Source: Antedon mediterranea (taxonomy: Eukaryota; Animalia; Echinodermata). From it: a stretch of DNA of 64,000 bases. Of this stretch, positions 1 to 12,296 are shown piece after piece. Location: contig NC_092672.1 of NCBI RefSeq assembly GCF_964355755.1, positions 26,294,437 through 26,358,436 of the forward strand, read 5' to 3'. The notes beneath the pieces are model-generated. The model saw only the letters and a program-made list of their open reading frames with translations, had not been told where the DNA came from and did not search any database. Numbering within the stretch: position 1 is the first letter of the stretch; the number at the start of each line of letters is the position of its first letter. The position numbers and the translations under genes were made by a program.

Positions 1-10
1 CCTTAAAGAT

Positions 11-2050
11 TTGGGATATAAAAATAAGCCACAAAAGGGTAGCACTGTTTCGTTAGATGTTAATGGGAATCTTTGCCATAATGAAAGCGAAGTTTCAAAT
101 TATTTCAATAAATACTTCGCAAATATTGCTTCCGATTTAATGAAGAAATTGCCTTCTCCCAGTAACCTTTTTTGTGTGGGTTCGAATGCCTTTAAAAATT
201 ACTATAATAGCAAAATCAAACATGTTTCTGGTTTTTCTCTCGAAGAAATTGACGAGAGCCTTATCGAAGAGGAATTGAGAAATCTCAACCCATCTAAAAG
301 TGTAGGCCTTGATCAGATTCCTGCAAAATTTCTTAGAGACGGAGCTCCTAATATTAAAATACCAATAACACATATAATTAACCTCTCCATTAAATACGAA
401 CGTATTCCCTCGGATTTTAAACTCGCAAAAGTCACGCCCCTTCATAAAAAGAATTCCAGAACTGAGGCTAACAATTACAGACCTATAAGCATTCTCTCCT
501 CAGTTTCGAAAATTCTGGAGAAGGTGGTATATATACAAGTTTCCGATTACCTTGAAAGGAATCAACTTATCTACGATCATCAATCCGGTTTTCGTAGATC
601 ATTTTCTACCGACACATGTCTTATCCATCTTAGAGATCACCTTAGAGTTCAAATGTCAAATGGTTTATTTACGGGTATGGTTTTACTCGATGTCCAAAAG
701 GCCTTTGACTCGGTCAATCATGATATTTTGTGTAAAAAACTTAAGTATCTAGGATGCCGGTCTATCGGTTGGTTTCAAGCGTACCTGTCTGGGCGAAATC
801 AGATTGTCGATATTAAAGGTACCAAATCGAACTCTATTGAGATTGGATGTGGAGTCCCCCAGGGTAGCCTTTTGGGTCCTCTCTTGTTTCTTATTTACGT
901 GAATGACCTACCATCTAGTATCGAAAGTGATTGTAAAGTTGTTTTGTACGCTGACGATTGTGCAATTTTTTACTCCCATAAAGATCCAATCGCAATCCAA
1001 TCTAAACTCCAAAACAATCTCGTATCATGCAATAATTGGCTGATCGACAATCAACTTTCGCTTCATATGGGTAAGACCGAATGCATCCTGTTTGGTTCTA
1101 AACGTAGATTAAGCAAAGTAAACGAATTCTATATTGATTGCTTTGGAACGACTATAAATGGATCAAAATCTATCAAATATCTAGGTATTGAGATTGACCA
1201 AAATGTATCAGGTGACGTCATTGCCCGCTCTGTTATAAACAAAGCAAACGGCAGACTGAAATTTCTGTACCGACAATCATCATTTCTTAATTCACATTGT
1301 CGCAAAATTCTTAGTTTTGCTTTAATCCAACCGATGTTCGATTATTCGGTTTGCTCATGGTCTTCTACGGTAAATAAAAATTTAAAATCAAAATTACAAA
1401 CGACTCAAAACAAAATGGTTCGTTTTATAAAAAAGTTAGGTCCCCGATCTCATGTTGGTCAATATCAGCTAAACGACGTTGGTATGTTAAAAGTCCAAGA
1501 CCGTGTCGAATTTCTTAGAGTCTGTCATGTTTTTAAAATATATAATCATTGTTGTCCACCTTATTTATGCAATCGTTTTATTAGAATTTCAGACAGTCAT
1601 AATTACAATACTAGGGGATGAAATTTTAATTTTAGAATCCCAACTATCAAGCCAATGGCACATGTGACCTTTTTTTACAATGCTATTAAAGAATGGAATA
1701 ATTTACCAATTAACATTAAGGAATCACAAACTGTCTGTTGTTTTAAAAGTAAAGTTAAAAAGTATCTACAGGAACGTTCACTAGCTCTAGAAACTATTTA
1801 ATTAGCGCTTCTTCTTTTTTCGATTGTCCTTTTTGCTGTTTTTTGTATTTTTTTTTATGTTGCTTTGTTTGTCTTTTTTGCTGTTCTTTCAAAGGACCTC
1901 ATTGGAAACAAGTCCGTAGAGGACTTTTATGAGTTATCCTTGGCATCCTTGTTTTATATTGGTATTTTTATATTTGCCAATTTTAATTGTATGTCTGTGA
2001 TATTTTATGTACTGATGCCGAAATAAATCAAATCAAATCAAATCAAAATC
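11..2050 (+). mobile_element. Non-LTR retrotransposon (CR1/L2/Crack-group LINE), 3' part: RT ORF2 with one in-frame nonsense codon, 3' UTR and (AAATC)n tail
   Basis: ORF 11-1621 has RT motifs NYRPISILS, QSGFR, LDVQKAFDSV, GVPQGSLLGPLLFLIYVNDLP, LYADD and YLGI. The frame resumes after TGA 1619-1621 as NFNFRIP...FFYNAIKEWNNLP...FKSKVKKYL to TAA at 1801. AATAAA plus AAATC repeats lie at 2021-2050. The 5' end is cut off by the window edge. Confidence 0.92.
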
Positions 2051-2883
2051 AGATGCCCGACCATGACATCGCATAATGATTGAATATGCCAGTAAATTTA
2101 AACATTTCCCCAAAAATGAAGTGGTTTTTTTTATTCTGAATAAGTCTGAAAGTTTATGATTGTTTCTCTGTTTACTTCTATACATTTACATTATTTCCAT
2201 TGTACAAACTATATGCTGCTATTCTTATTATTATAAAGGATAGACTTTTAAAATACTTTATTCATATCGTTTAATGAAAAACATTAATTCCAAAATTTTT
2301 AATTGTAATATATATTTGGAAAATTAAAATTATACAGATTGTAGGCATACTAGAATCTAACAACAGGCATGATAACAAACCGAATAACTGCTCTTAATCT
2401 ATCAATTACAGCATATACAAAACATTATTTTACAAACAGTTTCTCATACAAAATAATAACACATTATAAAAAGAAAGAAAAAAAAAGATAGAATAATACA
2501 AAATGATCATGATAGTACTTAAAAATAAATTCTGTGAAAGTATGATGATGTAAACATGTTGCTCTCATAATCCTAGGAAATATAAACGATGAATTAAAAA
2601 AACGAATGTGTCTTGACCTACAGTACACGTGTAACAAACGCCCATATAACCTCCCACTTGATCTCGCAAAATTGTTAAACGATGGAGGAAATAGGCCATG
2701 CATTATTTATTTCCCTGTATTCATTAAAATGGTACATGCTATGTACATACGGTATGCAAATTTAAATTGTGTGTGAAGTTGAGAATTTAAAGTTACCTGT
2801 AAAATATGTCAACATGAGATTGGAAGTTTTGGAATCTCGGTGAAGTCTTTAGGGTCTATATTGTTGTTAAAGAGCAAAACATA

Positions 2884-4632
2884 TTAGTAATTAAATATCT
2901 TAACAGTGTTTGTTCCACAATTTGCAACAGCTAATCTCCTTGGCTTAAAGCCGATTACAGTGAGTCCATCTGGAGAATTAATGTCATCATTTATTTCATC
3001 TATTCGTTTTATGAATGTACCATTCTTATCAAACAGTTGTAGTTTGTGGTCACTGGACACTATTAGATTTTCATCCATGTCCATTACAATACATGTAGGG
3101 TTCCAAACTGTGCCATCTTCCTTTCCCCCATCTACAATTGTTTTCATAAATGTACCATTTGCTGAAAACAATTGTATTTTATTAGTATGCCAATCTGGTA
3201 CTAACAAATTACCATCCATGGTTAAAGTGACGTCATGTGGTTTAATCAGTGTACCTGGTGTTACATCAACTGAACCTGAACCTATCTTGCCCATCAGCTC
3301 CCCACTATCAATGTTAAATTTATAAACACATTGAGCCCCTATGTCTGCAATATACAGAACATTTTTATCATTGTTTACTGCCAAACCAACTGGATATTCT
3401 AAGATTCCTTGACCGAATTGAGTAATTATTTTAAACTTCTCATTACACATTACAACACTCTTACTTTCGGCGTCACTAAGCATAAAATTATCAATTCCTA
3501 TTCTATGTACTTTATAGATTTGGACATTTGGAATTTGTATGTTGGCAATAAATGAACCTGATTGATTAAATTTCAGTAACTCATTAGAATAGCTTGGTAC
3601 TAATAAACAACCATCTTTATCTGATGTTACATCTGTCACATGGTATCGGTTATCTATTTTGAAAGATCCTATGTTATCAATAGTATGTAGAACTGTAGGT
3701 AGAACTGTAATATTCACTGGCGAGCCTTTGATGCTAGCAAATCCATTAGTGATGTTCATCTTCCATTTACCGACGTCATTGCATGTACTTTTAATGCTGT
3801 ACCCTCCGCTTCCTATGTCACCTACCACCAATTCAATGTTGTCACGTGATGGATTTATCAGAGTAGCAGTCAATGCGCAAGTATCCCATTCATCCACATG
3901 TTTTACCATCACTGCAAATGGTTGTCCCTTGATAACAGTAATTGATTTATCCTCTTCATTAACAATGTACCTTTTATCAACACTTGTGATTTTACCGATT
4001 ACATTAGAAATAGCATCATCCAGATCTGACTTTATCGTGAAGTTTGGTGTAAGATTATTTGGATAAGAGGAAAATTTGTCTTCCATTGTATTTATATTTT
4101 GTTTAACTTCTTCAATATCCGATTTGTAACTATCAAGTATGGTTTTACATTCCGGTTTGTCTGTCATTTCTGTAACTGATGTCTTCAGATTTTGCAATTG
4201 CATTTGGTGTTGTTCGAGTTCTTTAACTTGTCTTTCAATTGCTTCCTCCTTTTGCTTACATACAATGTCAAGATCCATCATTAGTTTCTCGCTTTCCTCT
4301 TTAACTTTTTTTACAACAACTTCTACATGGTTTTCAATCAATTTTTTAATGTAATCTACTTGTAACTTAAACTCTCTGTCATCGCTAACTATGGAATTAA
4401 AAATGACTTCTAATTCCTGTTTCATATCTGTGGCCTTTGAGATAGCTTCATTTACGATTTTGTTAAATTCATCTGCTGCAATAATCATAGGTTTGGTGTC
4501 ATGCTTCTCTGTATAACAACTCACAAAATGTTCACAATCTTTACATGCACTTTTGGTACACGTTGTACAAAACCGTTCTACTATGTTATCTGGATGATAT
4601 TGGCATCTGAATGGCACCTCTTGACTCGACAT
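2884..4632 (-). CDS. RING-less TRIM-NHL protein, copy 1 (B-box, coiled coil, filamin/Ig, NHL beta-propeller; TRIM2/3/71-like architecture)
   Basis: B-box CQYH...CTTC...CKDC...H, a heptad-rich region, filamin signature IKGSPVNITV and NHL repeats (YPVGLAVN, PHDVTL, WNPTCIVMD, SPDGLTV). The likely start is the ATG at 4632, directly after a TTTACAG splice acceptor, as in all paralogs. Confidence 0.88.
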   Translation of the reverse strand: MSSQEVPFRCQYHPDNIVERFCTTCTKSACKDCEHFVSCYTEKHDTKPMIIAADEFNKIVNEAISKATDMKQELEVIFNSIVSDDREFKLQVDYIKKLIENHVEVVVKKVKEESEKLMMDLDIVCKQKEEAIERQVKELEQHQMQLQNLKTSVTEMTDKPECKTILDSYKSDIEEVKQNINTMEDKFSSYPNNLTPNFTIKSDLDDAISNVIGKITSVDKRYIVNEEDKSITVIKGQPFAVMVKHVDEWDTCALTATLINPSRDNIELVVGDIGSGGYSIKSTCNDVGKWKMNITNGFASIKGSPVNITVLPTVLHTIDNIGSFKIDNRYHVTDVTSDKDGCLLVPSYSNELLKFNQSGSFIANIQIPNVQIYKVHRIGIDNFMLSDAESKSVVMCNEKFKIITQFGQGILEYPVGLAVNNDKNVLYIADIGAQCVYKFNIDSGELMGKIGSGSVDVTPGTLIKPHDVTLTMDGNLLVPDWHTNKIQLFSANGTFMKTIVDGGKEDGTVWNPTCIVMDMDENLIVSSDHKLQLFDKNGTFIKRIDEINDDINSPDGLTVIGFKPRRLAVANCGTNTVKIFNY

Positions 4633-5620
4633 CTGTAAACAATATTTAGAAAATTGTATTCTTTGTTTAACATGCATTTCTAGTGTTAAACCTACGAATC
4701 ATGATTGATACTAGATTGAAACTCAATCACCTAGTTCAAACACAAAGTTAAAGTGATGTATGTTATACTAGCAATTTTCTAATTTTTAATCAAGAAGACA
4801 TCAAAACGTGTGAACGAATACTATTTTAGCAATAACATGTGTAATTTGTGAATTATAATTACATTAGAACCACATTGGAGCAATTAATCAAGCATCAAGT
4901 TTAGTCTTGTACACTGTCTTGTACGTACAGATGCTGGTTATCTCGCTAGCATAATAATAGAATAAAAAAGATTATCCGCTGAAAATCCTCAAATGCCGAA
5001 TAATCTTTATATCCTGGTACCAGTTATATTCTTTGAACAAGGACTAAATCCTTCAGATTTCTTTTGCTTTGTTGTTTTTTCATGTATGTTTTGTTAATTG
5101 GTATGCAACTTATCTTGTATTTTTGTTTTTCGACACACTGTAACTCTCGTGGAAATATCTGCACAAGATTTTCCGTTACGTTTACCATAGAGGAAATATT
5201 ATATTTCCTCCATGCGTTTACTAAAATTTATTCTGTTGTTAGCAATATAGTGATTATGCATTATTTCACATAATATGTTAATAATGTTTGAGTTCATTTA
5301 AGTCCACACTGTGTATAACACTGTTCTTTGATTTTATTAGGCAAATAAACGTATTTCTTCAGATTAAAAAACAGATACTCATCAGTAATAATTAAAACAA
5401 ATGGTATACAACAACATAGTTAATCAGTTTCAATTAAGTTTTTTTAAATATGGTTTTTGTTTCATCAACTCAGATATAAACCTTTCGACTAATATCTCAT
5501 TTTCGGTTCGTTTATTATTTCACATAATGCATGTTAATTGAATTCGCATCACAGCATATTAATCTAATAAGTTGTGTTATCTTTGAAGATTAGATGTTTA
5601 TAGTTTTAAACTCAACTTAC

Positions 5621-5790
5621 CTTATTTTCCTGATTCTGGAACTCCCTTGTAGCATTAACTGATATGTTTCCAGTTGTAATATTAGTGGTAGTAATGGTAT
5701 GTGCTTAACCAATTGTATTCTTTTATAAAACTTACTAACAATGGTGTATGAATGACGTATAGGAAATAATACAACTATGAACTTTAACCT
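5621..5790 (-). promoter_or_regulatory. Non-coding first exon (donor at 5620) and conserved promoter module of TRIM-NHL copy 1
   Basis: AAG|GTAAGT donor; TGACGTA 5753-5759; GGAAA 5762-5766; TGAACTTTAACCT 5778-5790. Homologous blocks lie upstream of copies 3, 4 and 5. Confidence 0.6.
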
Positions 5791-7989
5791 TTGTCACATA
5801 AGAAATAGGTCTAAGTTTAAAAACGTCTGATCTGAGTTTTCTATAGATAATAGTAGGATCTACCTAAACATTTGTCTTCGTATATTTGATCATTATAAAA
5901 ATAATAAGCAAAACATTTGGTTTCTGTAGAGAGGAAAACAATACGAAAACATAATTTCCGTTGAGCACCGCTATTGCATAATGGTTTTAGTTTATTAGGT
6001 GTTTATTCAGGTAAACCGTACTTATAGACTACCAACACCAAGTTTATATCTAGCCTAGCTTAAACCGATAATAGCCAGTAAAGCACTGGGTAAAAAATTA
6101 ATGCATAATAGTACAGTACCTACCTATGTGAGGTGCTTGGTTTGCGGCTAAATCCGATAGGTAGTAAGAAGTAAAGGTAGATTGCGTCCGCCATCATGCC
6201 ATCTTCAGAATATCAAGTAGAGAAATCTACCAAAAGTACGGTACCGCTCAAGATGTGGCAATGTCACGCACCTGCCGCATATGTGCCGTTGGAGGAATGT
6301 TCAATGATCCAATCCAATTATGGTTGATTTTGGTCAAAAGGGGGACATTAAAATGAATCAATGAAAACCCTGGGAAAGCACATCAAGTAATTGTGGCTGC
6401 CCAGCCACCTCGTTTTAGCTCCAGCAAGACGGACGAAATCATTTTCATCATCAACCGATTATTCAAATTCCTGAGGTTTATGTCGCATGTCGTCTGTTTC
6501 GCCGATCAATTGTGGAGAACTCTATTTTATTTTTTTTGTTTAAAGGTATCCCAGACCTATTTATACTGTTTTAAACAATTCCCAAAGTAGGCCTATCCGT
6601 CTTCTCCCGGGGAACTGGAAGTCGCAAGGGCGTCATCAACCTCTCGCATTACTATGGTATCTCACACTGCCACTGCGTTTCAGTCTCGCGACGAGCTCCC
6701 CTCCTTAATCGGCCTAAAAGTCTTCTTGCCGTGAGAATGACCAGAAGTTGAGCGGCGTGCGTATAGGCTAAACGTTGCATATCGCTTCGACGAACTACCT
6801 CCTAAGAACAAGAGTACCAATGGAAGGGGTGATATGAAGAGAGGTTATAGGGGCATCTGTTTCGGTAACGCTCTCACCGCTGCCGCGATGTCTCGCAGAG
6901 AGGACTGGGACAGCATATCATGTGTCCGGTCCACAGAGACCGCATCAGGAGCATGCATCGCGAGATTACTGTCATTGTGCATCGTGCCTACTACCTGGAA
7001 AAATATAGATACAGTACCGAAGAAGCATTTGAATATCAATCTGCATTGTATGAATTCGTTTGGTTTTTAATGCGTAATACACACTCTTATTACTATATTT
7101 CTGCGTGCAATGATGAAAAGTAGACAGACAAGGAGCATTGTTATTATTTTTTTGTCTGTGTCGAAGTCGAGACAAAGAAGAATAAAGAATGATATATTGA
7201 CAATAGAATCTGATTAAGTAAATCAATTATTTATCATGTTTCCAATGTACCGTACTTTTATAAAGTAACAAAAAGTTTAAATCTATCTTTACAGTTTTAT
7301 ACAAATCATCATTTATTTCGGTCAAACTCTGTGTATTCATAGTTCTTACTCTCAAAGCGTATGGTTTGAAAATCAACAAACTTACTCTGAGTGCATATTA
7401 TTTGTCCCATTCAATCCCGAATATTACGTTTGGTACAGAAGCTGTCTATTACTTCCAATGTATACGTTTTGAGTTAAATTCAGAGAGTATATGTTTAAAT
7501 CTTGAATTTTTACTCAAGATATAGGTTATGGGATATATTTTGCCTTAGCCTTACTTCTAGGAATATGTTTAGAGTTATAAACCCAATGTTCCTGATCAGA
7601 AGGTTGCAAGGCATAGAATTCGGGATCAAACATCAACATGTCTTATTACTGTTTAGTCAGTTCGTAAATTTAAGTATTTTACGGGATTATGTTTCAAAAA
7701 CTGCATTTTGCAGTGTAGGCCTACATATAAAAACATCCTGGTTACACGATTAGTCGTTTGTGGGTTCATCCCATCGCAATTCAAGGGAAACATAGAATAT
7801 AAATTCTCATGATTTTGTAATATTGTTTTTGATAAAAATAAAAACCAGTTTACCTAAATAATAATTAGGAAATAAAGTTTTCTATAAGATATAGCCATAG
7901 TAGGCTTAATACAGAATAAGTAGAAAGAAGTTGAATAATAATCAACGCTGATTGTAGTGATTAAGCATGTAATACAAACATTCTGCTAT

Positions 7990-9694
7990 TTAATAATTAA
8001 ATATTTTTACATTATTTGCTCCGTAATTTGCCACAGCTAATCTCCTTGGGTTATCACTGATTACAGTAATTCCAGCTGGAGTATCAATGTTGTCATTTAC
8101 GTCATCTATTCGTTTTATAAAGATACCAGTCTTATCAAACAATTGTAGTTTATGGTCACTGACAACTATTAAATTCTCATCCTTATCCATTACTATACAT
8201 TTAGGTTTCCAAACCTTACCATCTTCCTCCCCACCATCCACAAATGTTTTTATAAATGCACCATTTGCATTAAACATTTGTACTTTATTAGCTCTCCAAT
8301 CAGGTACTAATAGATTACCTTCACTTGTTAAAATGACATCATGTGGAGCATTTAGTGTATCCATTGAACCAATCTTACATATCAGCTTTCCGCCATCAAT
8401 ATTGAATTGATATACATAGTGCCCATCTCTGTCTGCAACATACAGACTTCTTGTTGTAAGGTTTACAGCCAAGCCAACTGGGTATTCCAGTATGCCCTTA
8501 CCAAATTGAGTGATTACTTGAAACGTATCATCACACCATACAACTTTCTGATTTTGGGCATCGGTAAATACAAAATGACCAATATCTACGTCATGTATCT
8601 TATAGACATTGACATTTGGAATTTTTATGTTGGCAATAAATGAACCAAATTTTTTAAATTGTAACAACTCATTACAATAACTGGATACTAACATACAGCC
8701 GTTTTTATCTAATTTCACATCTGTTACTTTGAATCTGTTGTCTATTTTGTATGATGCTATGTTATAAATGGTTTGTACAAGAGATGGTACAACTGTGATA
8801 TTCACTGGTGAACCTTTGATGCTAGAAACTCCATTAGTGATCTCCATCTTCCAGGCACCTTCCTCATTGCATCTTCCTTTTATTTTATACTTTCCACACC
8901 CCATGATTTCTACCTCATCAACAGCAATGTCGTCACGAGATGGCTTGATCAAAGTACCAGACAGTGTGCATGTATCGTCACATTCATTCACATTTTCTAC
9001 TTTCACCGAAAATGGTTGCCCCTCTGTAACAGTAATGTTTTTATCATCTTCGATAACGCTGTAACGGTTATCGACACTTTTAATTTCACCGAGGCCTTTT
9101 AAAATATAAGCGTTCAGCTCTGTGTTTATTAAGAAGTTTGGAGTAAGATTGTTTGCAAACGAGCAGAACACCTTCAACATCTGATTTGTATTTAGCAAGT
9201 ATGGTTTTACTATTCGGTTTGTCTGTCATTTCTGTAACTGATGTCTTCAAACTTTGTAACTGCATTTGATGTATTTCGAGTTCATTAATTTGACTTTTAT
9301 TGAATTCTTCTCTTTGTGTACATACACTTCCAAGGTCCGTCATTAGTTTCTCGCCTTCTTCTTTAACTTTTTTGACAACACCTTCTACATGTTTTACAAT
9401 CAGCTTTTTTATGTAGTCCACGTGTGACTTGAATTCTCTGTCACCGCTAATTATGGAATTAAAAATAGTTTCTAATTCTTGGTTGACATCTTTAATTGAC
9501 TTGATCATTTCGGTTACGTTTATGTCAAATTCATCTACTGCATTTATCATAGGTTTGGTATCATGTTTTGCTGTATAACACGTCATAAAATGATCACAGT
9601 CCTTACATGCACTTTTGGTACAAGTAGTACAATAACGTTCCAGTATGTTATCAGGATGATCTTGACATCTTAATTGTATATCTTGACTCGACAT
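7990..9694 (-). pseudogene. TRIM-NHL copy 2, frameshifted
   Basis: The N-terminal half (ATG 9694, MSSQDIQLRCQDH...) and the C-terminal half (...NNLTPNF...KIFNY) are in different frames. By eye, alignment to copy 5 shows about 32 nt missing near 9163-9166. Confidence 0.8.
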
Positions 9695-11849
9695 CTGTAA
9701 TATTATTAATAATTTTTTAGTTTTAGTTTTCAACAGGTTAACATTCTAGTATTTTAACTATATAATAAATATGATAAAATGATTCGAACATGTGACCTCT
9801 TGCTTACAGGACGAGTATCATACCACTAAGAGACATTTTTTCATACAACTAAAAATACGGAACTTTCGTCGATGAGCTATGCTCGACGCGATTATAAGAT
9901 CATGTTCCGAATTTGAGCACTGTTTCTATAATTTGACAGTATAAAGTATATATAATATAGACACAGTGCTACGCAACACAATTGATTCACAATTGTTATA
10001 CAATTGTTTTAGCTTCAATTTATAACTTTTTTTGTAGTTTTGTAATTCGTTATCATACGAACCTTATTTTCATGAATAACTTCCTCGTAGTCCAAACCTT
10101 TAGGTTTTATTCAAAAACATGAGAAATAAAATAATAAAAACTTTAAACTGGGTCACAGTTAAATAACTCTGTGAAAAACTCCATTCTCACACCTCTATGA
10201 GGTTAATTGTGTGTGTTAGCATGGTCTTTGCAAAGATGTATATATGGGGAAAAATATTAGTATTAAGCATAGCATCTAGTTTGCTAAACAAATATAAAGA
10301 TCACCCTCTTTTAGTTTAAAAAAGTAGTCAAAACCTTAGGAGTGCGTTTAAATTACTTTGTATGATATTAACTGTTATACTATTCCCGCTGTGATCTTTA
10401 TCACGGCAGGAAGGGTGGTCACAGGTAGAACACAAACAAACGTATGTTTTGATAATGATTAAATGGCAATTGTAATACTATGTATAACTTTACCTTATCT
10501 TCATGATTTGTAACTTCCTCGTACGTAGTTCTAATCTTAGGTTTGTAATGAAGTGATTATTAACAGTGACTTGGTACGGTATGCTTTCATACAAATGAGT
10601 AACAAAGGAGTACGAATGGCGTAGGTTTTTAATAGAGTGCGTTATCAGTGACTTGGTTAGCTTTCATACAAATCAGTAACAAAAGTTTATATTTAACTGT
10701 ATGTAATTTCAAATTATACACATTTGATGATTTAAGGTAGTTTCAAGATAACAATAATAATTGGTATTAATTATTTGATGATGTAATGCGGATGTATGAG
10801 CAAGTGAATCACACGAGCACTTACAGTATGTTAGTAACTCGTATGACTGGCTTATCTCCGTTTGTGTATTTGTGTGAGTGGGGTGTGAACAAAACTTTTG
10901 TTACTAAACTAATCTAAATTGTTATTAGATTAGCTCTGTTCATTGTGCAATTTCTCGACAGAAATTCTTCCTTTAATATTTAGTTGTCCTGTTGGGTTAT
11001 TTTTGTAGTTGTAATTGGTGGCGCAATGTCTTATCATTCTACAGCATCACTAGATGAGATGATACGTTTAAACATTCTTGTTTAATGTGTGAACGGAAAC
11101 AAATACAAGAATGTTGACACACATTTAATTAAAAAAATAAGAAGAAATTTACAATATAGATTTAAGCATCAGTAATGTTTATTTCAATTTTTGTTTTACA
11201 GTGTTTAAGGCGATTGAAAATATATATTTTAGTTAGTTTGTTTTTTTTCCTACTTTATAAGTATATTTACTTCACTTAAAAGAAAGACTAAAATGATTCA
11301 ACAATCAAGAGGCTATATAAACAAGGATGTGTAATGAAGGATGTTTTGCTAAGTTGCTCAGATTTTTTTTAAACCAAGTTTATATTATTGTTTATCATGT
11401 GGTTTTTAACTGAGGTTATCTTACCCTCAACTTGAATTTCAAAATGGTTGGGTTTCTGTAAATAAAAACTGGTTATTCCAAGTAAGATTTCATAATTTTA
11501 TGAATAATATAGAGTTAAAAATGTATGGGGAAGGATATGATACAAAATGAAGTTTATATAGATGCGTGCATGTAATTATTTGCAATACATATAATGGCAC
11601 CGCATTTTACCATCTACATCTTTCAAAAAATATCGTACAAAATACTGGTTATTCTAGGTAAGATTGAAATTACACTCTTCCCTAGTTAGTCAAAATAAAA
11701 AATTAACATCTCTATGTTATTTACAATTTCTATCTAACGTATTCTTAATATCTTCATTTGATCCTGTAGGCCTATTTTAAATAAAAAACATATTGCGTTA
11801 TACAGCAGTGGCATGAAAGTGTGACGTGGATGTGCTTTCAGCAATTTGT

Positions 11850-12260
11850 TTAATAATTAAATATTTTAACGTTGTTTGCCCCATAATTAGCAACAGCTAG
11901 TCTCTTTGGGTTATTACTGATTACAGTGATTCCATCAGGAGTATCAATGTTATCATGTACGCCATCTATTCGTTTTATAAAGATACCATTCTTATCTAAC
12001 AATTGTAGTTTATGGTCACTGGACACTATTAGATTATCCTTCCTTGTCCATTACTATATATTTCTAGGGTTCCAGATTTGACCATCTTCTTTACCCTCAT
12101 CTACAATTATTTTCATAAATTCACCATTAGAATTGAAAATTTGGATTGTATTAGTACTCCAATCGGGTATTAATAAATGACCTTCTTTAGTTAAAATGAT
12201 CTTCTTTAGTTAAAATGATATTATATGGTGCCATCAGTATACCCTTTGATCGTATCTTAT
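11850..12260 (-). pseudogene. 3'-terminal fragment of a further TRIM-NHL paralog (last NHL blades only)
   Basis: Encodes ...LMAPYNIIL...IPDWSTNTIQIFNSNGEFMKII...PDGITVISNNPKRLAVANYGANNVKIFNY*. It has a 1-nt insertion near 12040 and a 19-nt local duplication (cttctttagttaaaatgat) at 12182-12219. Confidence 0.85.
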
Positions 12261-12296
12261 TTCTTGAAGGTGTATGTACATAAAACAGTGTTCTGT

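Noticed and set aside
4633-4677. N-terminal extension MHVKQRIQFSKYCLQ of the copy 1 ORF (and MKTKTKK... of copy 2)
   Set aside because: Lies in the intron upstream of the conserved YAG|ATG acceptor and is not conserved between paralogs.
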